DNA of 32,000 bases from Faecalibaculum rodentium (GCF_001564455.1 NZ_CP011391.1:2510487-2542486); one strand, 5' to 3'. Numbered from the stretch's first letter, positions 1 through 6,750 are shown. Translations and numbers: made by a program. Notes: a model not told the origin generated them from the sequence alone.

Positions 1-278
1 TTCAGCCAGTCCAGGATCTGGTCCGAAGCCTGCTGCTGAAAGGGCGTCAGGGCAAAGTCCAGGTGTATCTGCCCCTCCCATGCCGGTTCCTTCAGCACCG
101 GGATCTGCGGCTGTGCTCCGGCATCCAGCCGCGAAAAGGCCACACAGCGCCGGCAGTACGGTATTCCGTGATCACTGCCGAACAGAGCCGGATTTGTGTT
201 CCCGCACCGGCTGCATGCCAGTCCGGCACAGTCTGGCACAGCGGGTTTTCGGGTCGTTTCAGGAAATTTGTGTTTCAT
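1..278 (-). CDS. 5' portion of a ComFA-like DEAD/DEAH-box helicase (DNA-uptake ATPase family); the CDS runs off the left window edge
   Basis: Absent from the ORF track because the window edge truncates it. Reverse-strand ATG at 278 with GGGGGGTG 6 nt upstream. My translation stays open to position 1: MKHKFPETTRKPAVPDCAGLACSRCGNTNPALFGSDHGIPYCRRCVAFSRLDAGAQPQIPVLKEPAWEGQIHLDFALTPFQQQASDQILDWL. A Cys-rich putative zinc-binding N-terminus followed by LTPFQQQA resembles ComFA-type helicase N-termini. Family assignment is from memory only. Confidence 0.45.
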   Translation of the reverse strand, partial: MKHKFPETTRKPAVPDCAGLACSRCGNTNPALFGSDHGIPYCRRCVAFSRLDAGAQPQIPVLKEPAWEGQIHLDFALTPFQQQASDQILDWL

Positions 279-378
279 CTCAGACACCCCCCTGTTTTTA
301 TATTCGCCATCCGGCCTCAGATTTGCGCAAATTCGCTGATTTTTTATATCATGGGAACATACGAGGGAGAGAAATTCG

Positions 379-1203
379 ATGAAAAAGAAAAAATGGCTGC
401 CAATTCTGGTGGTCTGGCTGCTCCTTGGGGGTGTGGCGGTCTGGGGGCTGTCCCAGTTTGTCACAGAGCAGATCTGGAAATCACACAACTACATCGTGGA
501 AAATCCTGTAGCCACGGTCATGATCGACCCCGGCCACGGCGGATATGATTCGGGAGCCGTGGCCGCAGACGGAACCATGGAAAAAGACGTGGCACTGGCC
601 CTGGCACTCCAGACCGGCGAAAAACTGCACAACATGGATCCGTCCATTCAGGTCATCTTCACGCGCTATGATGACAATGTGTCCTGGCCGGACAATGAAG
701 CGGAAGACCTGCAGGCGCGGGTGGCCATGGCCATCAACTACGGTGCAACCCATTACCTGGCCATCCACTGCAATTCCGCAGAAGATCCCAGTGCCCTGGG
801 ACATTTCGGTATTGTGCGCCAGGATGATGTGACCAGCCAGCGGATCTGCCAGAACCTGGACAATTATCTGGCAGCCGCCAACTGGGGCCCGGCTCTGGGC
901 TTCCGGAAGACCAGCGACATCGGCAGCATTTTTGTGGTCGATCAGCTGGGGATCCCCAGCATGCTGTTTGAAACCGGCTTCCTGTCCAATCCCACGGAAG
1001 CCATGCAGATGCGCGACCCGGGCAACCAGGATGCCATTTCCACAGCTCTGGCCCAGGCCTACTACGATTCCATACATGGTCTGGACGTGAATGTGGCGAT
1101 GCCGCAGGCTGCTGTTCAGGAACCGGAAGCTGTTCAGGAGACACCGGAAGCCGAACCTGTCTGGGTGCCGGAAGACTATACCGGAGACTACATCCCGCAG
1201 TAA
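379..1203 (+). CDS. N-acetylmuramoyl-L-alanine amidase (Amidase_3 / MurNAc-LAA family), N-terminally membrane-anchored or secreted
   Basis: 274-aa ORF. RBS GAGGGAG lies 9 nt before the ATG. Hydrophobic N-terminus (WLPILVVWLLLGGVAVWGL). Motifs IDPGHGGYDSGA, AIHCNS and ETGFLSN are typical of zinc amidase_3 enzymes. Confidence 0.85.
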   Translation: MKKKKWLPILVVWLLLGGVAVWGLSQFVTEQIWKSHNYIVENPVATVMIDPGHGGYDSGAVAADGTMEKDVALALALQTGEKLHNMDPSIQVIFTRYDDNVSWPDNEAEDLQARVAMAINYGATHYLAIHCNSAEDPSALGHFGIVRQDDVTSQRICQNLDNYLAAANWGPALGFRKTSDIGSIFVVDQLGIPSMLFETGFLSNPTEAMQMRDPGNQDAISTALAQAYYDSIHGLDVNVAMPQAAVQEPEAVQETPEAEPVWVPEDYTGDYIPQ

Positions 1204-1212
1204 GCAATGAAC

Positions 1213-1280
1213 AAAAACAGGATGATACCGCATCTTTGCCGGTCTTTGTGATACGGCAGACAGGGCATCATCCTGTTTTT
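1213..1280. terminator. Candidate bidirectional terminator between the convergent amidase and aminotransferase genes
   Basis: CAGGATGAT (1218-1226) pairs with ATCATCCTG (1267-1275). An A5 run lies on the left and a T5 run on the right, so each strand reads hairpin plus U-tract. The 40-nt interior contains a TGCCG/CGGCA sub-stem. The large loop lowers confidence. Confidence 0.45.
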
Positions 1281-1321
1281 CATTTCTTCGTCAGTTCCTG
1301 CTGTTCCGCCTGTACTGTGTA

Positions 1322-2473
1322 TCAGGATCGGGAGTCAAACAGACCGGAGTCTGCGATCCGCCTGGCAGCTTCGCGGATCTTTTCGGCATCCTGCACCATG
1401 GCTATGCGGACAAACCCTTCTCCTTCCGGCCCGAAGCGGGATCCGGGAGTGACAAGCACCCCTGCGGTTTCCGCCAGCCTGAGGGCAAAGGCCTCGGAGG
1501 TCATTCCCGCAGGAATCGGGGCCCAGAGAAACATCGTGGCTTCACAGGACGGAATGTGCCATCCCGCTTTCCCGAATTCCGCCACCATCAGATTTCTCCG
1601 CTGTTCATACTCCTGGCGCGTCTCCGGAATGGATCCGCCTCCATGTTCCAGGGCTTCGATCCCGCCATACTGGACCGGCAGGAAAATGCCGTAGTCCAGA
1701 CTCCTTTTGAGCTCCCTGTAGGCGCTGACTGCTTCGCGGTTGCCGGCCAGCACACCCAGCCGGGCGCCGGCCATGCCGTAGGTCTTGGAAAAGGAATTCA
1801 GTTCCACGCCCGTTTCAAGGGCACCGGGAAATGACAGAAAACTCTTCCCTGGCTGGCCGTCATACACCAGCTCAGAATAGGCATTGTCATGAATAATCAG
1901 GATGTCATTCTCTTTCGCAAACCGGATCAGTTCCTCGTAAAAGCTGTCCGGGGCAATGGCGCCAGTGGGGTTGTTGGGATAGCTCACCAGGATCAGCTTT
2001 GCCTTCTGTCGGTCCTCCTGGCTGATGGCCTCCAGATCCGGCAGATAGTGGTTTTCCGGTTTCAGCGGCATATACAGCACATCGGCTCCTGCCAGTCTGG
2101 GCGCCTGTTCGTAGACCGGATAATAAGGATCGGGAATCAGGATCCCGTCATGCGGGTTGCAGAACACCAGCGGCAGATTGATCAGGGCTTCCTGGCTTCC
2201 CTGCAGGAGGCAGATTTCCTCCGGATCCAGGTCTGTGCTGTATCTGTCGTGATACCAGTCCTGTACAGCCTGTATCAGCTGGGGCAGGGCAGTGACGGCG
2301 TATTTGTAGTTCTGGGACTCGCCGGCTGCCTTCTGAATGGCCTCCATGATGGAGGGCTCCGGTGCAATGTCCGGGGACCCCAGCGTAAAGTCGATCGGAT
2401 CCGGCCCCGTGCAGGCCTTCAGGTCTGCAAAGGCCGGTTTCCTGAAATACTTCATTCTTCTTGCGGTTTCCAT
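1322..2473 (-). CDS. Pyridoxal-phosphate-dependent aminotransferase, class I/II fold (Asp/aromatic/DAP-aminotransferase-like)
   Basis: Motifs VSYPNNPTGA, IIHDNAYSEL and NSFSKTYGMAGARLG (PLP lysine). I prefer the ATG at 2473 (AAGAGG 7 nt upstream). ATGs at 2479 (the ORF-track start) and 2455 are alternatives. Confidence 0.85.
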   Translation of the reverse strand: METARRMKYFRKPAFADLKACTGPDPIDFTLGSPDIAPEPSIMEAIQKAAGESQNYKYAVTALPQLIQAVQDWYHDRYSTDLDPEEICLLQGSQEALINLPLVFCNPHDGILIPDPYYPVYEQAPRLAGADVLYMPLKPENHYLPDLEAISQEDRQKAKLILVSYPNNPTGAIAPDSFYEELIRFAKENDILIIHDNAYSELVYDGQPGKSFLSFPGALETGVELNSFSKTYGMAGARLGVLAGNREAVSAYRELKRSLDYGIFLPVQYGGIEALEHGGGSIPETRQEYEQRRNLMVAEFGKAGWHIPSCEATMFLWAPIPAGMTSEAFALRLAETAGVLVTPGSRFGPEGEGFVRIAMVQDAEKIREAARRIADSGLFDSRS

Positions 2474-2552
2474 GACCATACCTCTTCTTTCCGGTTTTCT
2501 CGCATGACCGGCAGTTCCTGCATGACAGGAGCCGGTTCCATTTCATGATATA

Positions 2553-2578
2553 GAAAAAAACGGCTGATCAGCCGTTTC
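2553..2578 (-). terminator. Rho-independent terminator of rpmE
   Basis: On the minus strand, directly after the rpmE stop: AAACGGCTGATCAGCCGTTT hairpin (2558-2577) followed by T7 (complement of the A-run 2554-2560). Confidence 0.7.
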
Positions 2579-2800
2579 TTACTTGTTTTCGTTCTTGAGT
2601 CCGTATTTGCGGTTAAACTTCTCGATACGTCCCTGCGCAGCGGCAAACCTCTGACGTCCAGTGAAGAACGGGTGGCAGTTGCTGCAGGTATCCACACGCA
2701 GTTCATCGCCCTTTACCGTACTACCGGATTCAAATTCTGCCCCGCAGGACGTGCATACGACTTTAACCTTGTGGTAATCGGGGTGAATTCCCTTTTTCAT
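2579..2800 (-). CDS. rpmE: 50S ribosomal protein L31, zinc-ribbon (type A) form
   Basis: [23 protein letters not shown]...[15 protein letters not shown] is the canonical L31 sequence, with both CxxC pairs present. AAGGAGG RBS upstream. Confidence 0.95.
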   Translation of the reverse strand: MKKGIHPDYHKVKVVCTSCGAEFESGSTVKGDELRVDTCSNCHPFFTGRQRFAAAQGRIEKFNRKYGLKNENK

Positions 2801-2856
2801 ACGCTTGTCCTCCTTCCGCCTTGAGCCTCATGCGTGCTCAAAGTAAGTGCCTTGAC

Positions 2857-2885
2857 ATGGTATCAGAAAATTGCAGCCTTCACAA
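2857..2885 (-). promoter_or_regulatory. Candidate sigma-A promoter of rpmE with an extended -10
   Basis: Minus strand: TTGTGA (2885-2880), 17-nt spacer, then TGATACCAT, i.e. TGn plus TACCAT (2865-2857). About 55 nt upstream of the rpmE ATG. Confidence 0.45.
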
Positions 2886-2907
2886 TCCCCATGAAACAAA
2901 AACCGTC

Positions 2908-3055
2908 CTGTGTCTGCAAACCGGGTGTGGGTCTGCCGACGGCACTTCGCATCGGACATCGGCAGGCCATAGGGGAAGTACCTCAGACAGCCCACGCCGG
3001 CTGTGAATCAGAAACAGGCCGGGGGAACCGGACACAGTCAGGATGTGCAGGCATG
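2908..3055 (+). promoter_or_regulatory. Candidate cis-regulatory structured leader of the mscS-family gene; possible divergent c-di-AMP (ydaO/kimA-class) riboswitch, class unconfirmed
   Basis: A noncoding stretch of about 165 nt is otherwise unexplained. Hand-folded helices: 2930-2939/2959-2968 (10 bp) and 2987-2992/2999-3004 (ACAGCC/GGCTGT with the C-rich loop CACGCC). The 5' segment 2908-2918 can pair either with 3029-3037 (9 bp) or with 3046-3055 (10 bp including 3 GU). Sub-motifs ATAGGGGAAGTACC (2969-2982), GTGAATC (3003-3009) and CCGGGGGAACC (3019-3029) resemble conserved ydaO-motif segments as I recall them. Confidence 0.35.
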
Positions 3056-3080
3056 ATACGATACAGAGGAGGTGATTGTC

Positions 3081-3941
3081 GTGACACTGCATATCGACTG
3101 GCAGAAACTGGGCACCAGTCTCTGGCTTCCGGTTCTGGAGATCGCAGCCGGGCTGTTCCTTGGGCCGCTGGTCAAGCGCATGATTCTCCGTATGGCCCGT
3201 ACCGTTCCCAACAAAGGGGTGCTGACATTTCTTGCCTCTCTGGTGAATGTTCTCATCATCGGCCTGACGTTTCTTCTGGCCATGGAACAGCTGGGATTCA
3301 AAATGTCCGGCACCCTCAGCCTTCTCTCGGCCGTGGGACTGGGCATGACCCTGGCCCTCAAGGACAACATGGCAAATGTGGCAGGCGGACTGCAGATCCT
3401 TCTGACGAAGCCCTTTGCGGTAGGTGACTATATTTCCGTGGGGAAACATCAGGGGAAGGTGTCGTCCATAGAACTGATGTACACCACCATCCGCACGAAT
3501 GGAAGCAAGGAAGTCATCATTCCCAATTCGGTTCTGGTGAACGACCTGATTGTCAACTGGAGCAAGGATCCTCTCATGCACCTGACGGTCCATCTTCACT
3601 TTCCGCTGCCGGGGAATGTCCAGGCAGGGCTGGAGCAGGCACGGGTGATTGCCGGGCGCTGCCCGCAGATGATACCCGGGGAAGAGGTTCAGGTCTGGTG
3701 TTCCTCACTTCACAAAAACCAGGCAAAGCTCGCCGTGTCTGTCCCGATCCGGGGACAGGATGTAAAACCCGCCAGGCGCTGGCTCATGACACAGCTGTCC
3801 GTGCTCACCGACCGTCACGATCAGGGTGAAGGCAGTGCGGCCTCCGGTCTTCCGCCGGCACCGGCTGAACCTGACAGAGTTTCCGCACCGGCAGCCGGCA
3901 CAACACCGCAGGAGGAAACACAGAATGAAAAAGCTGGATAA
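3081..3941 (+). CDS. Mechanosensitive ion channel, MscS family (small-conductance)
   Basis: Three N-terminal TM segments, then LALKDNMANVAGGLQILLTKPFAVGDYISVGKHQGKVSSIELMYTTIRTNGSKEVIIPNSVL, the MscS TM3/beta-domain signature. I prefer the GTG at 3081 (AGGAGG 3067-3072, 8-nt spacer). The ORF-track start at 3072 sits directly against the SD. The C-terminal ~40 aa are a low-complexity Pro/Ala tail. Confidence 0.85.
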   Translation: MTLHIDWQKLGTSLWLPVLEIAAGLFLGPLVKRMILRMARTVPNKGVLTFLASLVNVLIIGLTFLLAMEQLGFKMSGTLSLLSAVGLGMTLALKDNMANVAGGLQILLTKPFAVGDYISVGKHQGKVSSIELMYTTIRTNGSKEVIIPNSVLVNDLIVNWSKDPLMHLTVHLHFPLPGNVQAGLEQARVIAGRCPQMIPGEEVQVWCSSLHKNQAKLAVSVPIRGQDVKPARRWLMTQLSVLTDRHDQGEGSAASGLPPAPAEPDRVSAPAAGTTPQEETQNEKAG

Positions 3942-4488
3942 AATCAGAGGGCATCTGCATACCATCAATGCCCACAAGCTGCTCGTGACAAAACTCTGCT
4001 TTGCGTGCGGGCTGTACCGGCAGGGACTCCTGCACGATCTCTCGAAATACAGTCCCCTGGAGCTCCGGACCGGGTTCCGGTACTTCCAGGGATACCGTTC
4101 ACCGATCGAGGCACAGAAGGAACACGAAGGCTATTCCTTTTCCTGGCTCCATCACAAAGGGCGCAACCCGCACCACTGGGAGTACTGGATCGACAACGGT
4201 TCTCAGGGTGTGCATCCGGTGAAAATGGAACGGCGGTATGTGGCGGAAATGTTCTGCGACCGCGTGGCCGCCAGCATGATTTACCAGAAAGAGAAATATA
4301 CCGACCGGTCAGCCCTCAACTACTATCTGGCGGCAAAAGACCACATGATGATGCATCCGGAGACGGCCAGGGACCTGGAGTATCTGCTGGACTACCTTGC
4401 CCGGCATGGACTGGCCAATGCGCTGAATTTCATCCGCCGGGTCTATCTCCCATCCGGACTGGATGCCCGGGATGGCAAAACGGTCTGA
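3925..4488 (+). CDS. Small cytoplasmic protein with HD-like His/Asp motifs (resembles the DUF5662 family); function unknown
   Basis: ATG at 3925 with GGAGGA 8 nt upstream. It overlaps the mscS 3' end by 17 nt. The sequence MKKLDKIRGHLHTINAHKLL...GLLHDLSKYSP...SWLHHKGRNPHHWEYW...DRVAAS shows an H...HD...H/D pattern like HD metal-dependent phosphohydrolases. The ORF-track upstream extension (3826) lacks an RBS and overlaps mscS. Confidence 0.7.
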   Translation: MKKLDKIRGHLHTINAHKLLVTKLCFACGLYRQGLLHDLSKYSPLELRTGFRYFQGYRSPIEAQKEHEGYSFSWLHHKGRNPHHWEYWIDNGSQGVHPVKMERRYVAEMFCDRVAASMIYQKEKYTDRSALNYYLAAKDHMMMHPETARDLEYLLDYLARHGLANALNFIRRVYLPSGLDARDGKTV

Positions 4489-4604
4489 GTCATTCTGTGA
4501 AAGTCTGCCCGTTCATATGAACCGCGATGGGTATTTTGGACAGAGACTTTCGCCCGGCGCCTCCCGGTTTCTGCCTGTCTTCACAGTGATTCTGGAGACA
4601 AGAT

Positions 4605-4646
4605 ACAGCCGGAGCTGTACAGGATGGTCTGTGCAGCTCCGGCTGT
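4605..4646. terminator. Strong hairpin between convergent genes; likely a shared terminator for the DUF5662-like gene and glmS, with weak U-tracts
   Basis: Perfect 13-bp stem ACAGCCGGAGCTG (4605-4617) / CAGCTCCGGCTGT (4634-4646) with a 16-nt loop. It is followed by TCCGTTTCCC on the + strand and ATCTTGTCTCC on the - strand, so neither side has a clean U-run. Confidence 0.5.
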
Positions 4647-4719
4647 TCCGTTTCCCGCGGCAGACTGACAGCCAGGGACAGGTCCTTCTGTCAGCCAGTG
4701 CCGGAATCATTCTGTGAAT

Positions 4720-6531
4720 CTATTCCACCGTCACGCTCTTGGCCAGATTGCGCGGTTTGTCCACATCGCATCCTTTGTTCACCGCAGCCTCGAAAGCGAG
4801 TTTCTGCAGCAGGATGGTGACGGGAATGACCGCCAGGTGAGGATGCACATCGGGAATCCGCAGAACCTGCGAAAAGCCGTCTGCAGTTTCGGATGGCCCG
4901 GTGATCAGGGTCACATCTGCGCCCCTGGCCATGGTCTCCTGAATGTTGGAAATCGTCTTCCCGGCAACCTCAGGCTGTGTGGCAAGTGCAATCACCACCG
5001 TTCCTTCTTCGATCAGGGCAATGGGACCATGCTTGAGTTCCCCGGCATAATAGGCATCCGCATGAATGTAGGAGATCTCCTTGAGCTTCAGAGCTCCTTC
5101 CAGCACACTCACATAATCCAGCTGGCGGCCAATGAAATAGGCATCCCGCAGATTCGTCAGGGAATCCGCTGCGTGACTGATTTCCGGTGTTTCCATATCC
5201 AGCATCTTCTGCGCCGCCTCCGGCATATGCGCCAGATCCTGCAGGAACCGGGTGCGGTCGGGTACATCAGCCCCATACAGATCCGCCAGCTTCAGGACCA
5301 TGGCAGCAAGCAGGACCAGCTGTGTGGTATAGGCCTTGGTGCTTGCCACTGCGATTTCCGGTCCGGCACAAGTATAGAGTGCCGCATCGGACTGCCTGGC
5401 AAGACTGGATCCCAGGACATTGGTGATGGAGACACAGGGAGCGCCGGCTTTTTTTGCTTCCTTCAGCGCCGCAAGCGTATCTGCTGTTTCGCCGGACTGA
5501 GAGACGAAGATACACAGCGTGTCCGGGCCCAGAGGATAGTGTCCGTATCGGAATTCACTGGCGGGAATGCAGAAACAGGGAACGGGAATCCAGGTGCGGA
5601 ACAGATACTGTGCATACAGACCGGCGTGCCAGGCTGTGCCGCAGGCAATAAAATACACTGCCTTCATGTCCTTCATATCCAGAAACCCGAGTTCCGGAAA
5701 AATCACATCTTCACCGGAGATCCTGCCCCGGAGCGTTTCAGACAGCACATAGGGCTGTTCATGCATTTCCTTCTCCATGAACGTATCATAGCCGCCTTTC
5801 TGCGCAGCCTGCACGTCGTACTCCACAGTCATCCATACAGGATTGGCCGGTCTTCCGTCGAAATCATACAGCTGGATCTCTCCCGGCTGCAGAACCGCGA
5901 TCTGCCGGTCTTCCATGGCCACGATTTCACGGGTATATTCCAGCAGTGCCGGGATGTCACTCGCACAGAACGCCGCATCCGCGCTTTTTCCCAGAACCAT
6001 CGGGGAGTCCTTTCTGGCGGTATAGACCGTGTCGGGAAAATCCGTGCAGACCACACACAGGGCAAAACTGCCTTCCAGATACCGCACCGTGTTCCGGATG
6101 GCTTCCAGCATATCCCCCTTGTAGTAGTAATCCAGCATGTGCACAATGACTTCGCTGTCTGTCTGGGAATGAAACCGGTAGCCTGTGTCCTCCAGAAAAC
6201 TCCGGATGGCCTGATGGTTTTCAATGATGCCATTGTGGACAATGGCAATGGTCTCTGTCTCATTCGTATGGGGATGGGAATTCAGATTGCTGGGGATGCC
6301 GTGTGTCGCCCATCGCGTATGACCGATCCCGGCTGTCTGCGGCCAGCAGCCGCCTTCCATCGACGCCTTCAGCGTCGCCAGGCGTCCCCTGGCTTTTACT
6401 GTCGTCAGGCCCTGGGATCCGACAAGGGTCACACCCGCGGAATCATATCCGCGGTATTCGAGTTTTTCCAGCCCCTGCATCAGAAAGGGCAGAGCCGGAG
6501 TGGTGCCTGCAAATGCAGTGATTCCACACAT
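4720..6531 (-). CDS. glmS: Glutamine--fructose-6-phosphate aminotransferase (isomerizing)
   Basis: The true start is MCGI (the catalytic Cys follows Met) at 6531. The ORF-track start at 6552 adds 7 residues that lie inside the ribozyme/SD hairpin. GATase-2 N-domain, two SIS domains and the C-terminal ...KSVTVE are all typical of GlmS. Confidence 0.97.
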   Translation of the reverse strand: MCGITAFAGTTPALPFLMQGLEKLEYRGYDSAGVTLVGSQGLTTVKARGRLATLKASMEGGCWPQTAGIGHTRWATHGIPSNLNSHPHTNETETIAIVHNGIIENHQAIRSFLEDTGYRFHSQTDSEVIVHMLDYYYKGDMLEAIRNTVRYLEGSFALCVVCTDFPDTVYTARKDSPMVLGKSADAAFCASDIPALLEYTREIVAMEDRQIAVLQPGEIQLYDFDGRPANPVWMTVEYDVQAAQKGGYDTFMEKEMHEQPYVLSETLRGRISGEDVIFPELGFLDMKDMKAVYFIACGTAWHAGLYAQYLFRTWIPVPCFCIPASEFRYGHYPLGPDTLCIFVSQSGETADTLAALKEAKKAGAPCVSITNVLGSSLARQSDAALYTCAGPEIAVASTKAYTTQLVLLAAMVLKLADLYGADVPDRTRFLQDLAHMPEAAQKMLDMETPEISHAADSLTNLRDAYFIGRQLDYVSVLEGALKLKEISYIHADAYYAGELKHGPIALIEEGTVVIALATQPEVAGKTISNIQETMARGADVTLITGPSETADGFSQVLRIPDVHPHLAVIPVTILLQKLAFEAAVNKGCDVDKPRNLAKSVTVE

Positions 6532-6538
6532 AAAAAAA

Positions 6539-6692
6539 CCTCCATTCATCATGGAGGGTACGGACAGCAGGTCTGTTCAGCTCTCGCGGGCTGGTTTTGT
6601 CTGCTGCCTCAGGCTGTACCTGGCCTCCAGGTCATCCGCCGAATCTTTCGATCAACCTGGTCCTCGTCAACTGCCGAAGCAGTCCTGGCGCT
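6539..6692 (-). promoter_or_regulatory. glmS ribozyme (GlcN6P-activated self-cleaving riboswitch)
   Basis: The minus strand reads A|GCGCCAGGACTGCTTCGGCAGTTGACGAGGACCAGGTTGATCGAAAGATTCGGCGGATGACCTGGAGGCC... This matches the conserved glmS ribozyme core (AGCGCC cleavage site at 6692/6691, GACGAGGA, GGTTxATCGAAxxTTCGGCGGATG). It sits immediately 5' of glmS. Confidence 0.85.
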
Positions 6693-6721
6693 TGTTCACA
6701 TCTGACTCCATGAATGGAATC

Positions 6722-6750
6722 ACTATACAGAAAATTAATGGATTTCTCAA
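6722..6750 (-). promoter_or_regulatory. Candidate sigma-A promoter of the glmS ribozyme-glmS transcript
   Basis: Minus strand: TTGAGA (6750-6745), 17-nt spacer, TATAGT (6727-6722). About 25-30 nt upstream of the ribozyme cleavage site. The -35 element overlaps the TGA stop (6749-6747) of the upstream GntR gene. Confidence 0.55.

Noticed and set aside
63-548. + strand ORFs 63-548 and 80-382 at the left edge.
   Set aside because: - They overlap the better-supported minus-strand comFA-like 5' end and the divergent promoter region.
- Their translations are Arg/Pro-rich with no motifs and no RBS.
2852-2857. A perfect TTGACA on the + strand, considered as the -35 of an mscS/leader promoter.
   Set aside because: - There is no acceptable -10 at 16-19 nt: AGCCTT/GCCTTC there, and CACAAT is 23 nt away.
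- The hexamer is also the complement side of the rpmE -10 region.
- The + strand promoter therefore remains unidentified.
2821-3599. ORFs 2821-3006 and 2834-3427 (+), and 2880-3599 and 3038-3370 (-), covering the rpmE/mscS spacer and the mscS 5' half.
   Set aside because: - They show no RBS, no family resemblance and a biased composition.
- The region is better explained by a structured leader RNA plus the MscS CDS.
4463-4717. Small ORFs 4463-4717 (+, 84 aa) and 4513-4710 (-, 65 aa) in the spacer between convergent genes; considered as a possible toxin or small protein.
   Set aside because: - Neither has a Shine-Dalgarno.
- Both run straight through strong hairpins, and the + ORF begins inside the upstream CDS.
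- They are treated as noncoding. The region is reported as a structural finding instead.
4490-4718. The 12-bp direct repeats, considered as the target-site duplication of a mobile element.
   Set aside because: - I found no terminal inverted repeats just inside the direct repeats and no transposase.
- I cannot test for other copies.
- It is kept only as a hypothesis in findings and is not called a mobile element.
4714-6705. A 663-aa ORF on the + strand exactly antisense to glmS. Similar very long antisense ORFs occur at 24708-26342, 26385-27923, 28955-30811, 15652-16917, 12930-14147, 21730-22800, 14144-15133 and 10543-11589.
   Set aside because: - All are codon-aligned shadows of well-supported genes on the other strand.
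- Their translations are low-complexity and Arg/Pro/Gly/His-rich, with no recognisable motifs and no RBS.
- They arise because the sense genes rarely use TTA, CTA and TCA codons, the reverse complements of stop codons.
- They reflect compositional and codon bias, not overlapping genes.
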